Source: Blasia pusilla
Lineage: Eukaryota
Reading direction: 5' to 3'
Length of the DNA stretch: 64,000 bases
NCBI GenBank assembly: GCA_050084515.1
Contig: CM114271.1
Location: forward strand, 26,164,001 to 26,228,000
Of the stretch, positions 50,922-64,000 are shown piece by piece. The translations under genes and the position numbers were made by a program. Position 1 is the stretch's first letter. Each line of letters starts with the position of its first letter. The notes beneath the pieces were generated by a model that ran no database searches, had not been told where the DNA came from, and was given only the letters and a program-made list of their open reading frames with translations.

Positions 50922-50928
<7 letters not shown>

Positions 50929-50962
<34 letters not shown>
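50929..50962. repeat. (CT)n microsatellite
   Basis: Perfect CT run. Confidence 0.9.
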
Positions 50963-50965
<3 letters not shown>

Positions 50966-51084
50966 GATCTCTCGCTCTCTCAACGGTCCTGTCCTTCGTT
51001 CCCTCGACCCATGCGAAGATTTTATCTTTAGGCTTTTCAAAAGCGCCACCGCATTATGGTTTTCAATGAACGTTCCGCGACAGG

Positions 51085-51085
51085 A

Positions 51086-51119
<34 letters not shown>

Positions 51120-51137
51120 GCTGCTGCTGCTGCTGTT
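51085..51137. repeat. Compound (GTT)n(GCT)n microsatellite
   Basis: Seen directly in the sequence. Confidence 0.9.
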
Positions 51138-51341
51138 CCTGATCCAATGTTGTCAACCCTCTGCTGTGCTCGCGGCCAAATCTCCTTCCCGCGGCCAATC
51201 CACCGCTCGCCACCTACGAGCCGAATCAAATGTATACAAATGATTGTCTCCAGTCCCCCGCCGGTCAAATTTCATCGGATGCGTAACCCCTCCGGTCCAC
51301 CATAACACCCTGACTCAAGTACCGATAATGATGATCGAGAT

Positions 51342-51602
51342 TCCTCCTCCTCCTCCTCCTCCTCCTCTTTCTCTTTACCGCGGACTACTCACATCTCTTG
51401 AACCTCTTCTCCTCGCCTCTGCTTTCCCAGTCTACTGTTCCTCTCCTCTGCTCTACCAGAGAATTGCGCACTAACAGCGATTCGACCCTGAGCCTATGAT
51501 TTGCGCGTATCGAGTAGCGTCATTCGTAGCCTATTAGCTGCTTATGAGGAGTAGTTTCGTAGTAGTAGTAGCAGTAGTAGTCGTCGTCGTCGTCGTCGTC
51601 GA
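51342..51602. repeat. (CCT)n and (TAG)n(TCG)n microsatellites
   Basis: Runs at 51342-51367 and 51558-51602. Confidence 0.8.
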
Positions 51603-52306
51603 GTAGTGCTACAGATCTGTGGTTTCTCCGTTATCATGAGAGCTGCGCATGAATGTGGGGAAGGGGGTACCATTCCGACCGCAGAGCTGTGAGAACTCGC
51701 AGTAGCCAACAGGTCCCAGGGATTGCGCTCCCGATGTCGTGAAAAGTGAGACATCGGCTTCCACTGCGTGAACGCGAGAGTTATGAGAGCCACGAATCTC
51801 ACTGCTCACAATTCTTCCTCCGCTCGCAGAGCACAATTCTTACGTTGAATGCGAAGCCTGAACAACCAAGACCCCAAATCGAGTGTCGAGGGTTTGGTCG
51901 GAAAGCGCAACGCCCATTAAGAAAGGAGGACGCTCGGAGCCTCCGAGAATCGACTCCATAACCTGAATGCGGCCCAATGTGTGTGTGGTGGTGAAAAATA
52001 CATGATGTGCAAACTACTGCTCTCCGTCATTTGGCAGAAAGGAGAAAAAAAGGTGACGGGGACTCTTAATAATGAGAACTTCATTCTCCATTTTGTGTTG
52101 AACTTGTGCAGAAAACTCTCTTTTTTATTTCGGTGTCATGTCTCGAAGAGTTCGAAGAATGCAAATCACGAAGATGTTCTCTAATGATAGCATAGATTTC
52201 GAGCATGAGAAAATGTAAGGACTTGAGTTTTCTCATAACGTGGAAACTTCCCATGAAACTGCAGAGAGTTTGCACTTCCACCATTGAACTACTTCTGAAT
52301 GCTAAC

Positions 52307-52385
52307 ACCTAAGCTTATCTCCATACTAGAGTAATATGACATGTAACCTAAGCTTATCTCCATACTAGAGTAATATGACATGTAA
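52307..52385. repeat. Perfect 39-bp tandem duplication
   Basis: acctaagcttatctccatactagagtaatatgacatgta occurs at 52307 and 52346. Confidence 0.9.
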
Positions 52386-52619
52386 GATACTCATCCTGCA
52401 CTAATGTGAAAAAAAAAGTATTTCTCTTACTAAACATGCTCCTCTTGATTTTGAAACCAAATCAATATTTTCATAAAGACGCTTATCTTACTGGATTCGG
52501 CTTGTGCTCTATAGACCTTGTTGGAACATCAATTGGGGTTTAAATTTCACCTTCCATTGGTTTGGACCAGGCAATCTTCCCACTCTTTTGTGCTTGGATG
52601 AAGATATCGTTAGTCCACA

Positions 52620-53800
52620 CTAGAGCATATGCATCCAATTTGCAAATCACTGTAGCTATAGTATAGTCGTGCAAATCCCGAGACTCGAAAAATTGAGAAT
52701 TGGACTCGCAAATTGAGACAACGATACGATTAGAAAGTTTCGTTTGCTTACATTCGCATGTCGCTTGCAAGGAGTCATTAATGACTCGCAACATTTTTGC
52801 ACCTTTACGAGTGATTTTGAGTCTGTGTAGTTGCATATAAGTTGCAAAAAATGACCAATTTGTGATTTTTTCACTCAAAAAGTAGTGGTTCACCAAATTG
52901 CAAAGTTGTTGTTTTTTGCTCCTTTTTCACCCTATTCGGACTCATCTTTGGGTCTATAACACATTGCTCCTAGGGGGATTCAATGCCTACCAACTTTTTC
53001 TTAAGGATAGCTTTGATTTTTTTCTCTTCATTTCTCATAATTTACAATCAATAATTTAGGAAAAATTTATACCATTAAGCAAACATGCATATGCCACGAC
53101 GAGAAAAAATTAGTCAATAGAGATTAAGAAATAACTTAAGGTCCATTTAGTTCCCGAGTGACGCACACACAATGTTGCCTTCTCTATTTTGAAGATTTGG
53201 GGAGTTAAGAGTTTAAGAGGTCACTCCCTCTTAGATGTACGGATCCCTCCATTTAAGACTTCAATCCATTTTTTTATCATGTGTAGCACATACACATAGC
53301 ATAGTAACTTATAATAGTATGAACCTCACTCATCTTCATGTCCTTCATCATCCAAAATCATTTCCTATCCTAAAAAATGTCAAGACTTAGCTCTACCATT
53401 GCAAGAAACTAAAGGAGAGGAGTCTTAGAAAGTTAGGAGGGAAAGCGGAAATAGATCGGTTTAGAGGAAAAAGAGATAGTCATTGGTTTCAAGACTTGTA
53501 GAAAACTACTTGCAATTTTTGAGTCTCTAGCAAATCCAATGCAAGCCCCTATAGTTGTAGTTTCTAAGTTCTAGAAGCCGTAATTTGTGAGTTTTACTCA
53601 CAATCACATTTGCAAGTGAGTTCCAAGCTCAATGCAAGTCATTGCAAAAGCAATGGCATAAATGGAAGTCTTGTCTTGCAAAAAAAAAGACTCATAGAGT
53701 TGCAATAAAGTCGCACAAATTGGACTCACGAACTGGTAATTGCAATGGACTCACAAAGTAGCCACTCTTGACAAAAATGGACCCGCAATGGAGCTATGTC
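52620..53800. mobile_element. Probable degraded non-autonomous DNA transposon with GACTCGCAA/TTGCAA subterminal repeats
   Basis: Motif clusters at 52630-52910 and 53490-53790 flank an AT-rich core. No TIR or TSD resolved. Confidence 0.3.
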
Positions 53801-56144
53801 GACACCTCAATCCCTAGTAGTAATAAAACATGGATGGTGGAGGAATAAATTTCTATCAATATTACCTAAGGTTTCCACGTATCGATCAAAGGAGATACTA
53901 GTTTGAATTTCTTGTACAACCACCAAAAAATGTTTCCAATTTTCATCAATGTAGAAGTGGACAAATAAAACTCTGATGATGAAAATTGACATTAAATTTT
54001 CATCATCAGAGTGCACGTGGAATTAAAGCACTTACCAGCTCACTATGTCTCTTGCTTCACTTATCAAAATACTCTCAAATTTACCTCTACGTTTTGAATA
54101 TTTTCACTTGGACCAGAGTTGTAAATATCTCGATGCAAATATATGATCTATAAATGAATTGGAAATTTAACCACAATAGAGCTACAACTCTTCGAAAGCA
54201 TAGCAGAATAACAAATACCTTACAATTAAGTGTATCTCTTCTAAGAAATCAAAAATAAAATATAATTACTTATCCCCCCCCCCCTCCCCCCCAAAACTAT
54301 GATCCCCAAATAGATCGGGAGTTCTTCTCTTGATCTATCTTTGACATAGCATCGAAAATTGTATCATGTTCAGTCCCCTTCATTATGAAATCTCCTTGTC
54401 ACGCTACTCTATGCCTCCACCACCACTTCACTTTTACCTTCCATGACAAAGGGGGCACACTAGTTAGAACCATATAAATGAAAATATTCAAGAGAGGATC
54501 TCGTAGTTGTTAGAGTGGATATATGACATCATCAAAATAAAATAAAGAAACCCTAAAAATAATACGTGTTAGGATGATTTTATGAGTGGAATTATGACTC
54601 TTTATTTTCATTCTAAGCGTTGTAATATTCATCTGCAGATTTCCCAATAAATTTAGAGGGATAAGGTGAGAAGATAAAACTTCTATAGAAGAGGAAATAG
54701 AAATTGAATCTTTATGATATAGTAGAAAATGCTATGCACATTAATATTCACCCCATGATCTTTTTAGAATATATTAAATAGCTATTTTTCATATTCTCCA
54801 TATTTTTATTTTCAACTTATGCTTATTTCTATATCCTCAATATCATACTAAAAATTCTCCCAACAAGTTTCCAATGGTCTAATTTATCTTTTTCTTTCAT
54901 TATATGAATTTATATGTCCATATCTTTGTTTGTAACCTATCAATGAATGTATACTTTCATCTCTTGCTTGTATATACATTAAGTATATAATAAGAATAAT
55001 AATGTGAAATCTTAGCACATGTTGTATTCAATTTCCTTGCATGTTATGGATATATAGGCTCTCAAATTTGTCATATTATAATTATGAGCTCTAGAGAAAT
55101 ATTGGACAATATCCAGACATCAAAATTATTTCTTAAAACATCATAATTGGATTTCTTTCTAATGTTTTGAATCTAATGCCGAAGTTTCCTATTTGTTGTC
55201 TTTTTTTTTTTTAGTCTTATTAATCGGTCAATTTTCTATGTTCAATTTTTTGTCTATTATTTGTCCAAAAACATTTCATGGCCTTTCTTTATCATTACAA
55301 ACCTTCCTATTAAGAGGGAATCATCTTCTAATTTTGAATTATTCATTATAGGAATAATTCAAAATTAATAGATTATCAAAATTTCCAAGGGTTCTATGTG
55401 CACTTTATGCTCCAATGATTACATTGGTGCAACTTTAATTCCTATTTATAAGCACACAAAAAATTGCACTATTGAATGGGGTTTAAATTCTAAGAAATTG
55501 ACACTAAATATTCAAGAAAATCATTAAAAAAATAAAAACCAATATAAGTGCCTCTATAATTAAATCCTAAATCGAAGATTATTTTCCTTTTATTTAAATT
55601 TTGGAGATGCAACTACTTTTGAAACCTTACGCATATATTTATGTGATATCTTATATTAATAATCCACAAGGGAAAAATGTCAAATTTGGCATATGAAAAC
55701 CAAAACTAGAACTTTTACAAAGAATTTTTTAATGATTATGCATCCATACCCATATATATATATTGGTTATCATAAACATGTGTTGAGGATCCTTCTATAC
55801 TAAGAATCCTAACACATCTATATATATAAATGACTGGGCACTCTCACGCATCATATATGCACTATGAACTTATAAAAAGCTTATCTCCAATTTGTTAAAA
55901 CACCATTCATTCTTAATGTTGTTCATTACTCACATAATGTTATACATTGCAATAGCAGCAAGAGGTATGAGAAAAATGCAATAGAGTCTAAATGTATGAT
56001 TTGCGATTAAACCTAGCCCACTCTTTCTTAAGAAAATCCAAGCTTACTACATGAGCATAGTTACATTGTATCATGGATCCCAATAGGCTCTATTCTAAGG
56101 AAGATGAGCTCCAAATGAGGATATAAGGAATATCCCCCCCCCCA

Positions 56145-56399
56145 AAAGGTTGCATATGTACAAAATATGTGTCTGCGAACATGTCCATGTGCATGGACCA
56201 ACGTTTGTCTCATAAAAGGACTTGTCCATGATGACCTTATTCTTTCTTATCCTCCTCATTTTCCTCCGTGATCCGCACTTTCTCATTTATTCCTTCTCCC
56301 ACCTCCACTCTCTTCCCCCTTATTGCCCCGCCCTTGCCTTGCCTTGCCTTGCCTTCCATCATGAACTATAAGTGTAGGCCCACATTTTGCAATCCATGT
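56145..56399 (-). mobile_element. Truncated hAT-family MITE
   Basis: TIR (A)AAGGTTGCA at 56145; the sequence is the reverse complement of the 37302/43102 MITE interior. Confidence 0.7.
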
Positions 56400-58399
56400 A
56401 GGTCATCATGATATCCTAAAATGAGAATTATAGAGCACTTGTTGATCTCGATGTAATTTTAACTCTCTCTTTAAAATTTATGTCAAGATAGATGTCTAGG
56501 CTATATTCCATGGTTTTAAAAAATCTTCTTTTAGGAAAAAAAAAAAAAAATTTTTCATTATTGGATGCATTTAAAATTTTAGGCATGAAAAATAATTATA
56601 TAATAAATGTGATTTTATCCAAATCATAATATATTAAATCATCTATTCTTGTAAATCTGAGAATAATGTGCTCTACAATTTTATTTTCTCCAACTAAGTC
56701 TAGTATAATTCCACATATTTTGCTCTAACATAAAATTTTGAATTTTTAACAAGTTTAATATTGTCAATAGTGTTCCTATATATGGATTGAAACTAAGCTA
56801 ATAATATCAATCTCACAAAGTAAAAAATAAAATCAAACTCCTTTACATGTTGCATTAATTGCAGATTTATATTCAATCTCTATTTGTGAATGTTACTAGA
56901 TGATAATAAACCAATGCGTTATTTCTTTCAAACCCAACTTAGAAATGCATAATTTCACTTCAAGACTTAGAAGTATTTAATTTAAAACATCTTTCAAGAT
57001 ATTGATTTAAAATTCATTGTGATCTTGTCCAAAATTTTCTAATCAACATCCATAAACTTCTCTAATTATAAAAATTGAGAGGGATTATAAGAAATTCCTC
57101 ACTAGATACAAATAGATATTAACTCCTTGTATTTTATTATCCTTCTCATGTTATTCGAGCATAGTCTACCAATTGATGGAAGATACGTACAAGATGTGAC
57201 TTACCAAAACATCTTCATTTTTCATTATCTTATCCTTCTCCAATGTAGAAATTGGACAAATTTTTATTATTCCATACTTTAAGTAAATAGATTTTAAACA
57301 TTTATTTCATTGTTTTTGTAAAAACCATTTTTATCGCCATCTACGTATAACTTTACATAAAGGAAGTTTTTGAGTTTTCCCTAGTCCTTTGTATAAATAA
57401 CGATAGTTCTTCTTTGTTTAATTTTTTGAATCATATATTCATATCTCATAATAACAAGGAGATTACCAACATATAATGAATATTTCAAAATACAACTCAT
57501 TCTTCTCAAAAGTAGAGAGTAAAGAATGTGAATAAGAATATTTGGAACCAAACACTCACAAGAATTTTATGATCTAGCCATATAAAGATTATCATTATTC
57601 TAATTACATGAATTTTTTTAACATATACAAGCCATAAATTTTTTGAAGTAAATATATAAATAAAACATAGTTTTATGAAAAATATATTAAGAATTCTCAA
57701 AAATAGATGTCATTTGTACATAATATATCCTAAATTCCTAATAATTTATGGTTTATCTATCACATATATCCATAAAATGTGTGAAAGTGAGCTTAATAAG
57801 TATTAATAATAATATATAATTTTCCACACTATAAATTCATAATTTTTGCGCACCACATTCTTACAGGATATATATTCATATTTAACCTTAAACATTTTTA
57901 CATAAGTTACATAATCCAACATGATATGTATAGGGCTTTTATCACATGTATAGTTGTTTGGACATTCATATATCTACATGATAGTATGTGGAATTTTGGT
58001 ACAAAAATATGTACCAAAAATATGAAAATTCAGTTAAATTAAACTTAAGTAGGTTTTGCAAATATCTATGTAGTTCTATTATTTTTTATCCTTCCCAAAA
58101 ATTCATGCTATTTTTTACGTCCTTTAGAAAAAGACCCTATTTCCATAACTAGCAATCGAATTAAAATTTAGGATTGAGGGGAGTCAAGTATATCATTTCA
58201 AAAAATGCATATTCATTACAAAAACATCTATACTATAGAGTGTCTACGCAACTAAATAACAAAATTTTCAACAACATGGAGAGAATAGATTCTCCCACCA
58301 TGGACAACATATTATGAAGACTAGCCAATTAAGTAGATTAGGGAGAGTGAAGAAATTAATTATGTTTGGATTAGGGAAAGTGGGCAATTAAAGAAGGCT

Positions 58400-60700
58400 C
58401 TATGTGAGTTCCATTGCTCCACTATCTCCAAAATCTGAACTCCATCCCACTTATTCCTCATTCAAATTTTGGTTGATATGGGAGGAAGATTTCTGCAACT
58501 ATCGGTACATCTACATTCTTTTTTTAAATTCAGGACTCCGGGAGGGTGTCAAGCTTGAAACCATTCCCAAGTATGTCATGGTATGTTAAGCAATAGGACC
58601 AATTGTCAAATTTCTAATCTCTAAGCTAATACCACTCATGTGGGGGTGCATGTTGCCCACAAAATTTCCCAAAGAAACGATTCTTTGGGAAATACAACTC
58701 TTAACACACTTATTGTCAATGGCATGTACTCATCCCTGCAACGCAATGCATCAAGGACAACATTATCTTTCTTGGACTTGTGGATGAATTTGCATATTCA
58801 TAGGCACTAAGGTAGCATGCCAATCGTAGTTGTTTCAACGAAATGCAATCATATATGTGTCTAAAAATACATGTCAATGAGTGATATATTGTTAGTGTAC
58901 ACTCGAATTTCATGAAGCCCCAAGTAATGGCACCACTTCCACAAAAAATGAACCACCTTATACAAATATTTCTAATGAGTTAGCCATGTATGCTTAATAT
59001 CCATAGGCTTTTTGCTTTCATACGTTGTGTGTCTCCCTTCTTACTTAAGCATTCCTACAATCACGTAGTCACTCGCATTTATATGCACCTTGAACAATTT
59101 GTCAAACTTCAATAGCTTCAACACATATTATTATGAGAAGATGTCTTTCATTCCATTACATATTGTATCGGCTTCTTGGATCCATGTGGTGTTGGCAAAC
59201 TTTGTGGTCCAATCCGTAAGAGATCTCACAAGCCTTCCTTACATAGGTCTAGTAGAATTCGACTCATCCAATGAACCTTCTCATCCTCGTCAGTGTGAAA
59301 GGATTTTTCCACTCATAAATAAATTTGACTCTTTCCATGTTACAATTTTTTCAGTCTGCACTAATCACGAGACCCTAAAACTTGATATTGGTCGAGCCGA
59401 ATTCACTCTTCTCCACATTGCAATATAGCTTGTTTCCCCTAAGTGTTGAAAAAATTGCCTCCAAGTGTGCAAGGTGCTTCTCTAGTGATTTTGAGTAAAT
59501 CAATATGTCTTCAATATAAATTATGTAACTACTATAAATCCAAAGGAATCGTATCTCGTCCTACACACGATCTTCTCTATATCAACCTCCACTATTCGAA
59601 TCTGGTAATAGTATGACTTCAAGTCAATCCTATTGAAGAAACTTGATAGTCTATCAAAGTGGTCATCCATCCTTAGAAAATAATAGTTATTCTTTACCGT
59701 TACTTTATCAAGTGCTTGATAGTCAAAATATAGGCTCAACTTCCCATCCTTCTTCTTTAAAAAGAGAACTGGCATTCCATAAGATAACTTACTAGTTTGA
59801 ATGTAGCAATTTTATGAGTGTTGGTCTCGAGTGAGATTTGTACATGTGTATATCCATTATTGGACATTGCTTATTGTAGATCTTGTGGCATACTTATCAC
59901 CTCTTGACTAGTGTGGTATTGATCCATCCCAATAATGCTCTCCAAACTAGCTTTGGGAGTACCGCACACTCACCTATTCACTGAAAAAAATGTATTCCAC
60001 CAAAGTCTCATATGCATTAAAAATCACACCTCCAACACCCTCATAAGCATCGATGCAAATTGGCTAAATATCAATATCCTCCAAGGTAAGACATCACCAC
60101 CTCATGGATTTTTTGGTAACAAATCGTATATAAGAGCTCTCCAATCAATCGCGTTGTGGGAGGAATAGAATTGGAATGGATTACTTGGAAGTTACGCTAA
60201 AAATGTCTAAGCAGAATCATGCTAAGTCCTCACGCACCCCTTGCTTGTTACCACCTCACACCTTCAATACCTCTCATACCTACACGCATACCTTTGACAC
60301 ATGTCCCGCCTTAAAGCCCCCACTATCTCCTTCTTCGGAAAATCCTTACAAACAGCCTCTGCAAAAAATTGGTTGAAATTTTTGCAATGTCTTGGATTTG
60401 TGAATTATCTTCAGATGCATATAAAGATATATCCGAGTGGCAAGCACGGCTATTGAAACTCCATTGGATTATTGGAAAAGTTGCGAGAAAAACCCATAAA
60501 ATTCCCATAAATGTAAACTAAACTCCATTAGATTATCTTCCTCTAGATTAGATAAGGGACATGAGATTTAGAGACCCATACATGTGAGCCACCATTAAAT
60601 GTGAGAAGTTACACCACATCCACAAGTGCCAAATTTGGTGGTTCATAAGTGTGCATCACCATCATATATGAGAAGAGACACTAGGTCCGTAGTTGCCAAA
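58400..60700 (-). pseudogene. Ty3/Gypsy gag-pol remnant
   Basis: PVLFLKKKDGKLSLYFDYQALDKVTVKNNY...DRL...IDLKSYYYQIRI (RT); VVHFLWKWCHYLG...VYTN and KDNVVLDAL (RNase H). Degraded upstream gag/protease. Confidence 0.85.
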
Positions 60701-62166
60701 CCTTACTATGGAGTACATTTTCTAGATTCTACCTCCATATGGAGCATTTTTGGAAAAAAAATCACACACGTCGAAAAAGGAAAAATACCTCTTTTTAGTA
60801 CAAATATCTACGAAAAATTCCTCTCTTCTTTGGAGAATCTTCTACACAAATTTAAAAGACATTAGGTTTGAACCACCAAACTCTTTATGTGGAAAAAATA
60901 AGGAGGCATAGGGTTTGAACCACGTTACTCTCTCTAAAGAAAAGTGAAGAGACCTCTCGTTTGAGGTATCAAACTACCTCTATAGAAAAATAATAGATAT
61001 TTGGTTCGAGCCACCATACTCTTCTATGAAGAATCTTTATCTAAATTCTCCTCTACGGAGAATATGTGGGCATATAGAATCTATATGGAAAAAAATTTCC
61101 AAACTCTATTCACAACCACGAAAATACCATTAATCTTAAAATTTCATGTTTGTCCCACTAGTTGAATCATATCTTCATAATTTGGCTATATTGATTTTTA
61201 ACTTCACCAAACTCAGATTTTTAATTTCTAGTTGACAAAAAAAAAAAAAAATAGTTACAAATCAACAACACAGTTCTCTTGAATTGGCTGATCTTTGCCC
61301 AATGCCCACTTAATTAAATCGATAACTGATTCAATTTCTCACCAATTTATCTCACGGAAATCCATCCTTCAAATCTGATCTCCAATTTCTCTGCTCTTGA
61401 CCAATTCTATCAAAAAATTGAGAAGCCTCTCTTTAATTCTTCTCCAATTTTTTGCATTCTCATATAATTTCTTCAATTTTTAAATTCAATCTCGATTTCA
61501 TTAATTCTTCTGCCCCATGTCCTCCTCGTTAGTCAAGATCAAACCTCCAATCATAGAAGCACACACAAGCACATTCAAATGGGCACCTCGCAAGGGATTG
61601 ATATCAAATTCACTATTCAAAATCTCTCATTCATTATAAAATCACTGTAAAGGCTTTTGGCAAGAGTATTTTTATTAATATAAAAGGATGAGAATCATGG
61701 TCTCTCCCTCTACTAATCGGTAACTACCAACACTCAAACCTCATTAGATCTAATGAGAAATACATAAAAATCTATAAATGTATGGGCATCGCAAGAGCTT
61801 ATGTTGTATATATAATGAAACTAGGGTATTTCTGTATATAATCCTAGCCCACCCTCAACTCAAGTAAATCCAAGCATCACATAAGGCTACTACTCAAATG
61901 TGTATATGGATCTAAGCATAACATAAGAACAAGATCTCATTGACCCTCCCAAGGGATATCCCCCTCCTTGAGCACTCATGTGTGACATTCGCACACATAT
62001 CACCCCCTACTACCAAGTCACTAACAACTTGGAGTACAAAATGTACTCACTTCAAGTTTTTGCATGGAAACAAACTTGTTAATCCATGGGACAGACAAAT
62101 CCGCAGATATGCCAAATTGACTTCCGGCCCACTTTTTTGTGATATCCACGTCGCACACGCGAGAAT

Positions 62167-62423
62167 CAAGGTTGTACGAAAATGGACAAGTCTGGACATG
62201 TCCCACGGACATGCTGCTCGATGACCCGTGGCCCGCATCCGAGCAACCTCTTGAAGCCCGTAGAGCCCATAGCGGGCACCTGGGCTGGTCGAGCCCGCAT
62301 TGGTTTTGTGCCCGCTATGGGCTTGGCGAGTTCTAGGGGCGAGCCGCACGTACCCGAGCCTGCACAGCCATGTCCGTCCTTGGACATGTCCTCACACACG
62401 GACTATGTCCGTGTGCGACCTTG
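62167..62423. mobile_element. hAT MITE (257 bp) closely related to the ends of the 17785-27000 element
   Basis: CAAGGTTGTACGAAAA is identical to the right TIR of the large element. The other end is GTGCGACCTTG, the interior is GCCCGC-rich, and the TSD is partial (GCGAGAAT/GAAGGAAT). Confidence 0.8.
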
Positions 62424-62479
62424 GAAGGAATAGGTGCGAGCTTGGATTAAGGGTGAAGGGCAAGGATCAAATGGGTGTG

Positions 62480-63460
62480 GAAGCTGAGGGCCTACGCTTG
62501 GTCTACATTGAGCCCACCTAGCTTGTTGCGGCTCAACACGAGCCAATGCGGGCTAAGCGTGGGCCCATAGCCCACACACCCGCTTGGCCTCGGGCTGGCC
62601 AATGTACATGTGGGTCCATTGCGGGCTCAACGCAGGCCAAGAAGGCTCGATGCAAAAAAAGAAAACATATATGAGAAAGGTGTGGGCTTGGTATAGGACG
62701 TGGGTTGGATGTAGGCTAGATAACAAGTCGCAAGAACTAGCAGCGGGTCGTTGGGCTAGGATGTGAGTTTTTCGAGCTTGGATCTACATTGTAGGCGGCG
62801 AGAACTTGGGCCAACACGGACATGTCCATCATAGGGATAGACAACCCAAGTGGTGTCATGCAAACCCAAGGCACAATGTAATACCACATGACACTTCTAA
62901 ATTAAACGGGCACCCACTAAAGGTCTCTCTACCACCTCATACAAAGGGAAGTGTGGGTGACCTAAACACATATACCACCACATGAGAGTAGGTCACATAT
63001 AACCTCCCAAGATAGGAACACAACATAATCCCTCCAAGAAATTTTGGACAGATCTGGGAACATACCATCCCACACCCGTTGTCACATCGTAGCCCACATC
63101 TCAATCACAACCATCCTCCACTTCCCTACATCCAGCCCATAATCCTTTCCCGCGCCCTATTTGCATCTAGCACATGCAAGCTAGACGTAGGCCAGCGTAG
63201 TCTACATCCTACCCGCATGGGCCCAAAAAAACTTTAAAATTTTAATTTTTTTTCAAAAAAAAATCCCTCTTGCGCCAGGCTTTCACCTTGCCCGGAACCC
63301 CTCTTGCATGAGCTGGATGCGGGCCATAATTGTAAGAGGGATATGGACGAAGGAGGATGTGGTGCAAGATCGGGTGTGGGCAAGGCGGTTAGGTCCACGT
63401 GGACAAGTTCGTCCCTAAGACAAAAAAGTCCGGGGACGCAGACTTTGTCTATGTGTAATC
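62480..63460. mobile_element. Older degraded hAT-family derivative
   Basis: gcgggct, ggacatgtcc and ggacaagt motifs, with a degenerate TIR-like end (gactttgtctatgtgtaatccta) near 63460. Confidence 0.35.
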
Positions 63461-64000
63461 CTACTAATATTACAATTATATATAAGGAATATTAGATGCA
63501 AGGCCTATGAGTAAAGAGAAATTGATAACCATGGTCTTGTTACTTCTATAGAAAACCACATCTTTTTCTTTTAAAAATTTTAACTACAAAAATATAAGAT
63601 AACCGTTATTGTATATAGGTGAGGTCCTATATACTTAGAGAGTAACATGGTTTTTGGGGTTCTTCCCCTTTGCAATGACGATGCTCAATTGTATCTATCC
63701 ATAGTTTTTGGAGCTACCTATGACAAAGATGAAGAAGGGATGTGAGAAGTAACCTATCTTTGTGAGAAGGTTAGTTTATTTCCAAAATTCTATAAAGATT
63801 GACTCAATTGGTTATTGAAAGGGTACATGCAAATTAAATGTGATATTGCATATACTTATCTTTATCTTTTTCTATGGCATTTGACAACAAGCTAGTTGCA
63901 GATGGTTGGTTTCTTTTGTGATTTTTTAAAATAATATAACCAATAACCTCAAGAAAATAGAATGAGACATAGAAAATTTGAAAAGCATAGAAGAAAAAGG

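Noticed and set aside
61590-62050. Possible PBS and 5' LTR of the Gypsy remnant
   Set aside because: The PBS-like tttgatatca is degenerate, and no matching second LTR was found in the window.

Overview
Eukaryotic, TE-rich plant genomic DNA. It is probably an early-diverging land plant such as a bryophyte, inferred from GC-rich genes in AT-rich, CpG-depleted intergenic DNA; this is not provable here. Two intact host genes lie on the minus strand: a 4-exon STP/MST-family hexose transporter (STP13-like, 525 aa, 14582..11984) and an intronless BPS1/ROH1 (DUF793)-like ORF (48634..47603). The rest is largely transposon-derived. The most notable element is a 9.2-kb hAT transposon (17785..27000; CAAGGTTG TIRs; 8-bp TSD GTACCATC/GTATCATC). 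Convergent to its transposase it carries an atypical protein-kinase gene, a second unknown gene and a ~180-bp tandem array. A much older hAT-plus-same-kinase relic at ~43.9-44.5 kb and several MITEs with the same TIRs suggest a persistent kinase-carrying hAT family. A second ~7.2-kb element (30042..37245) encodes a degraded P-element-type DDE transposase with N-terminal zinc fingers. Helitron mini-elements, a MULE-like MITE and CACTA, Copia, Gypsy and CRE-like remnants fill the remainder. All assignments come from motif recognition by eye; no searches were run.
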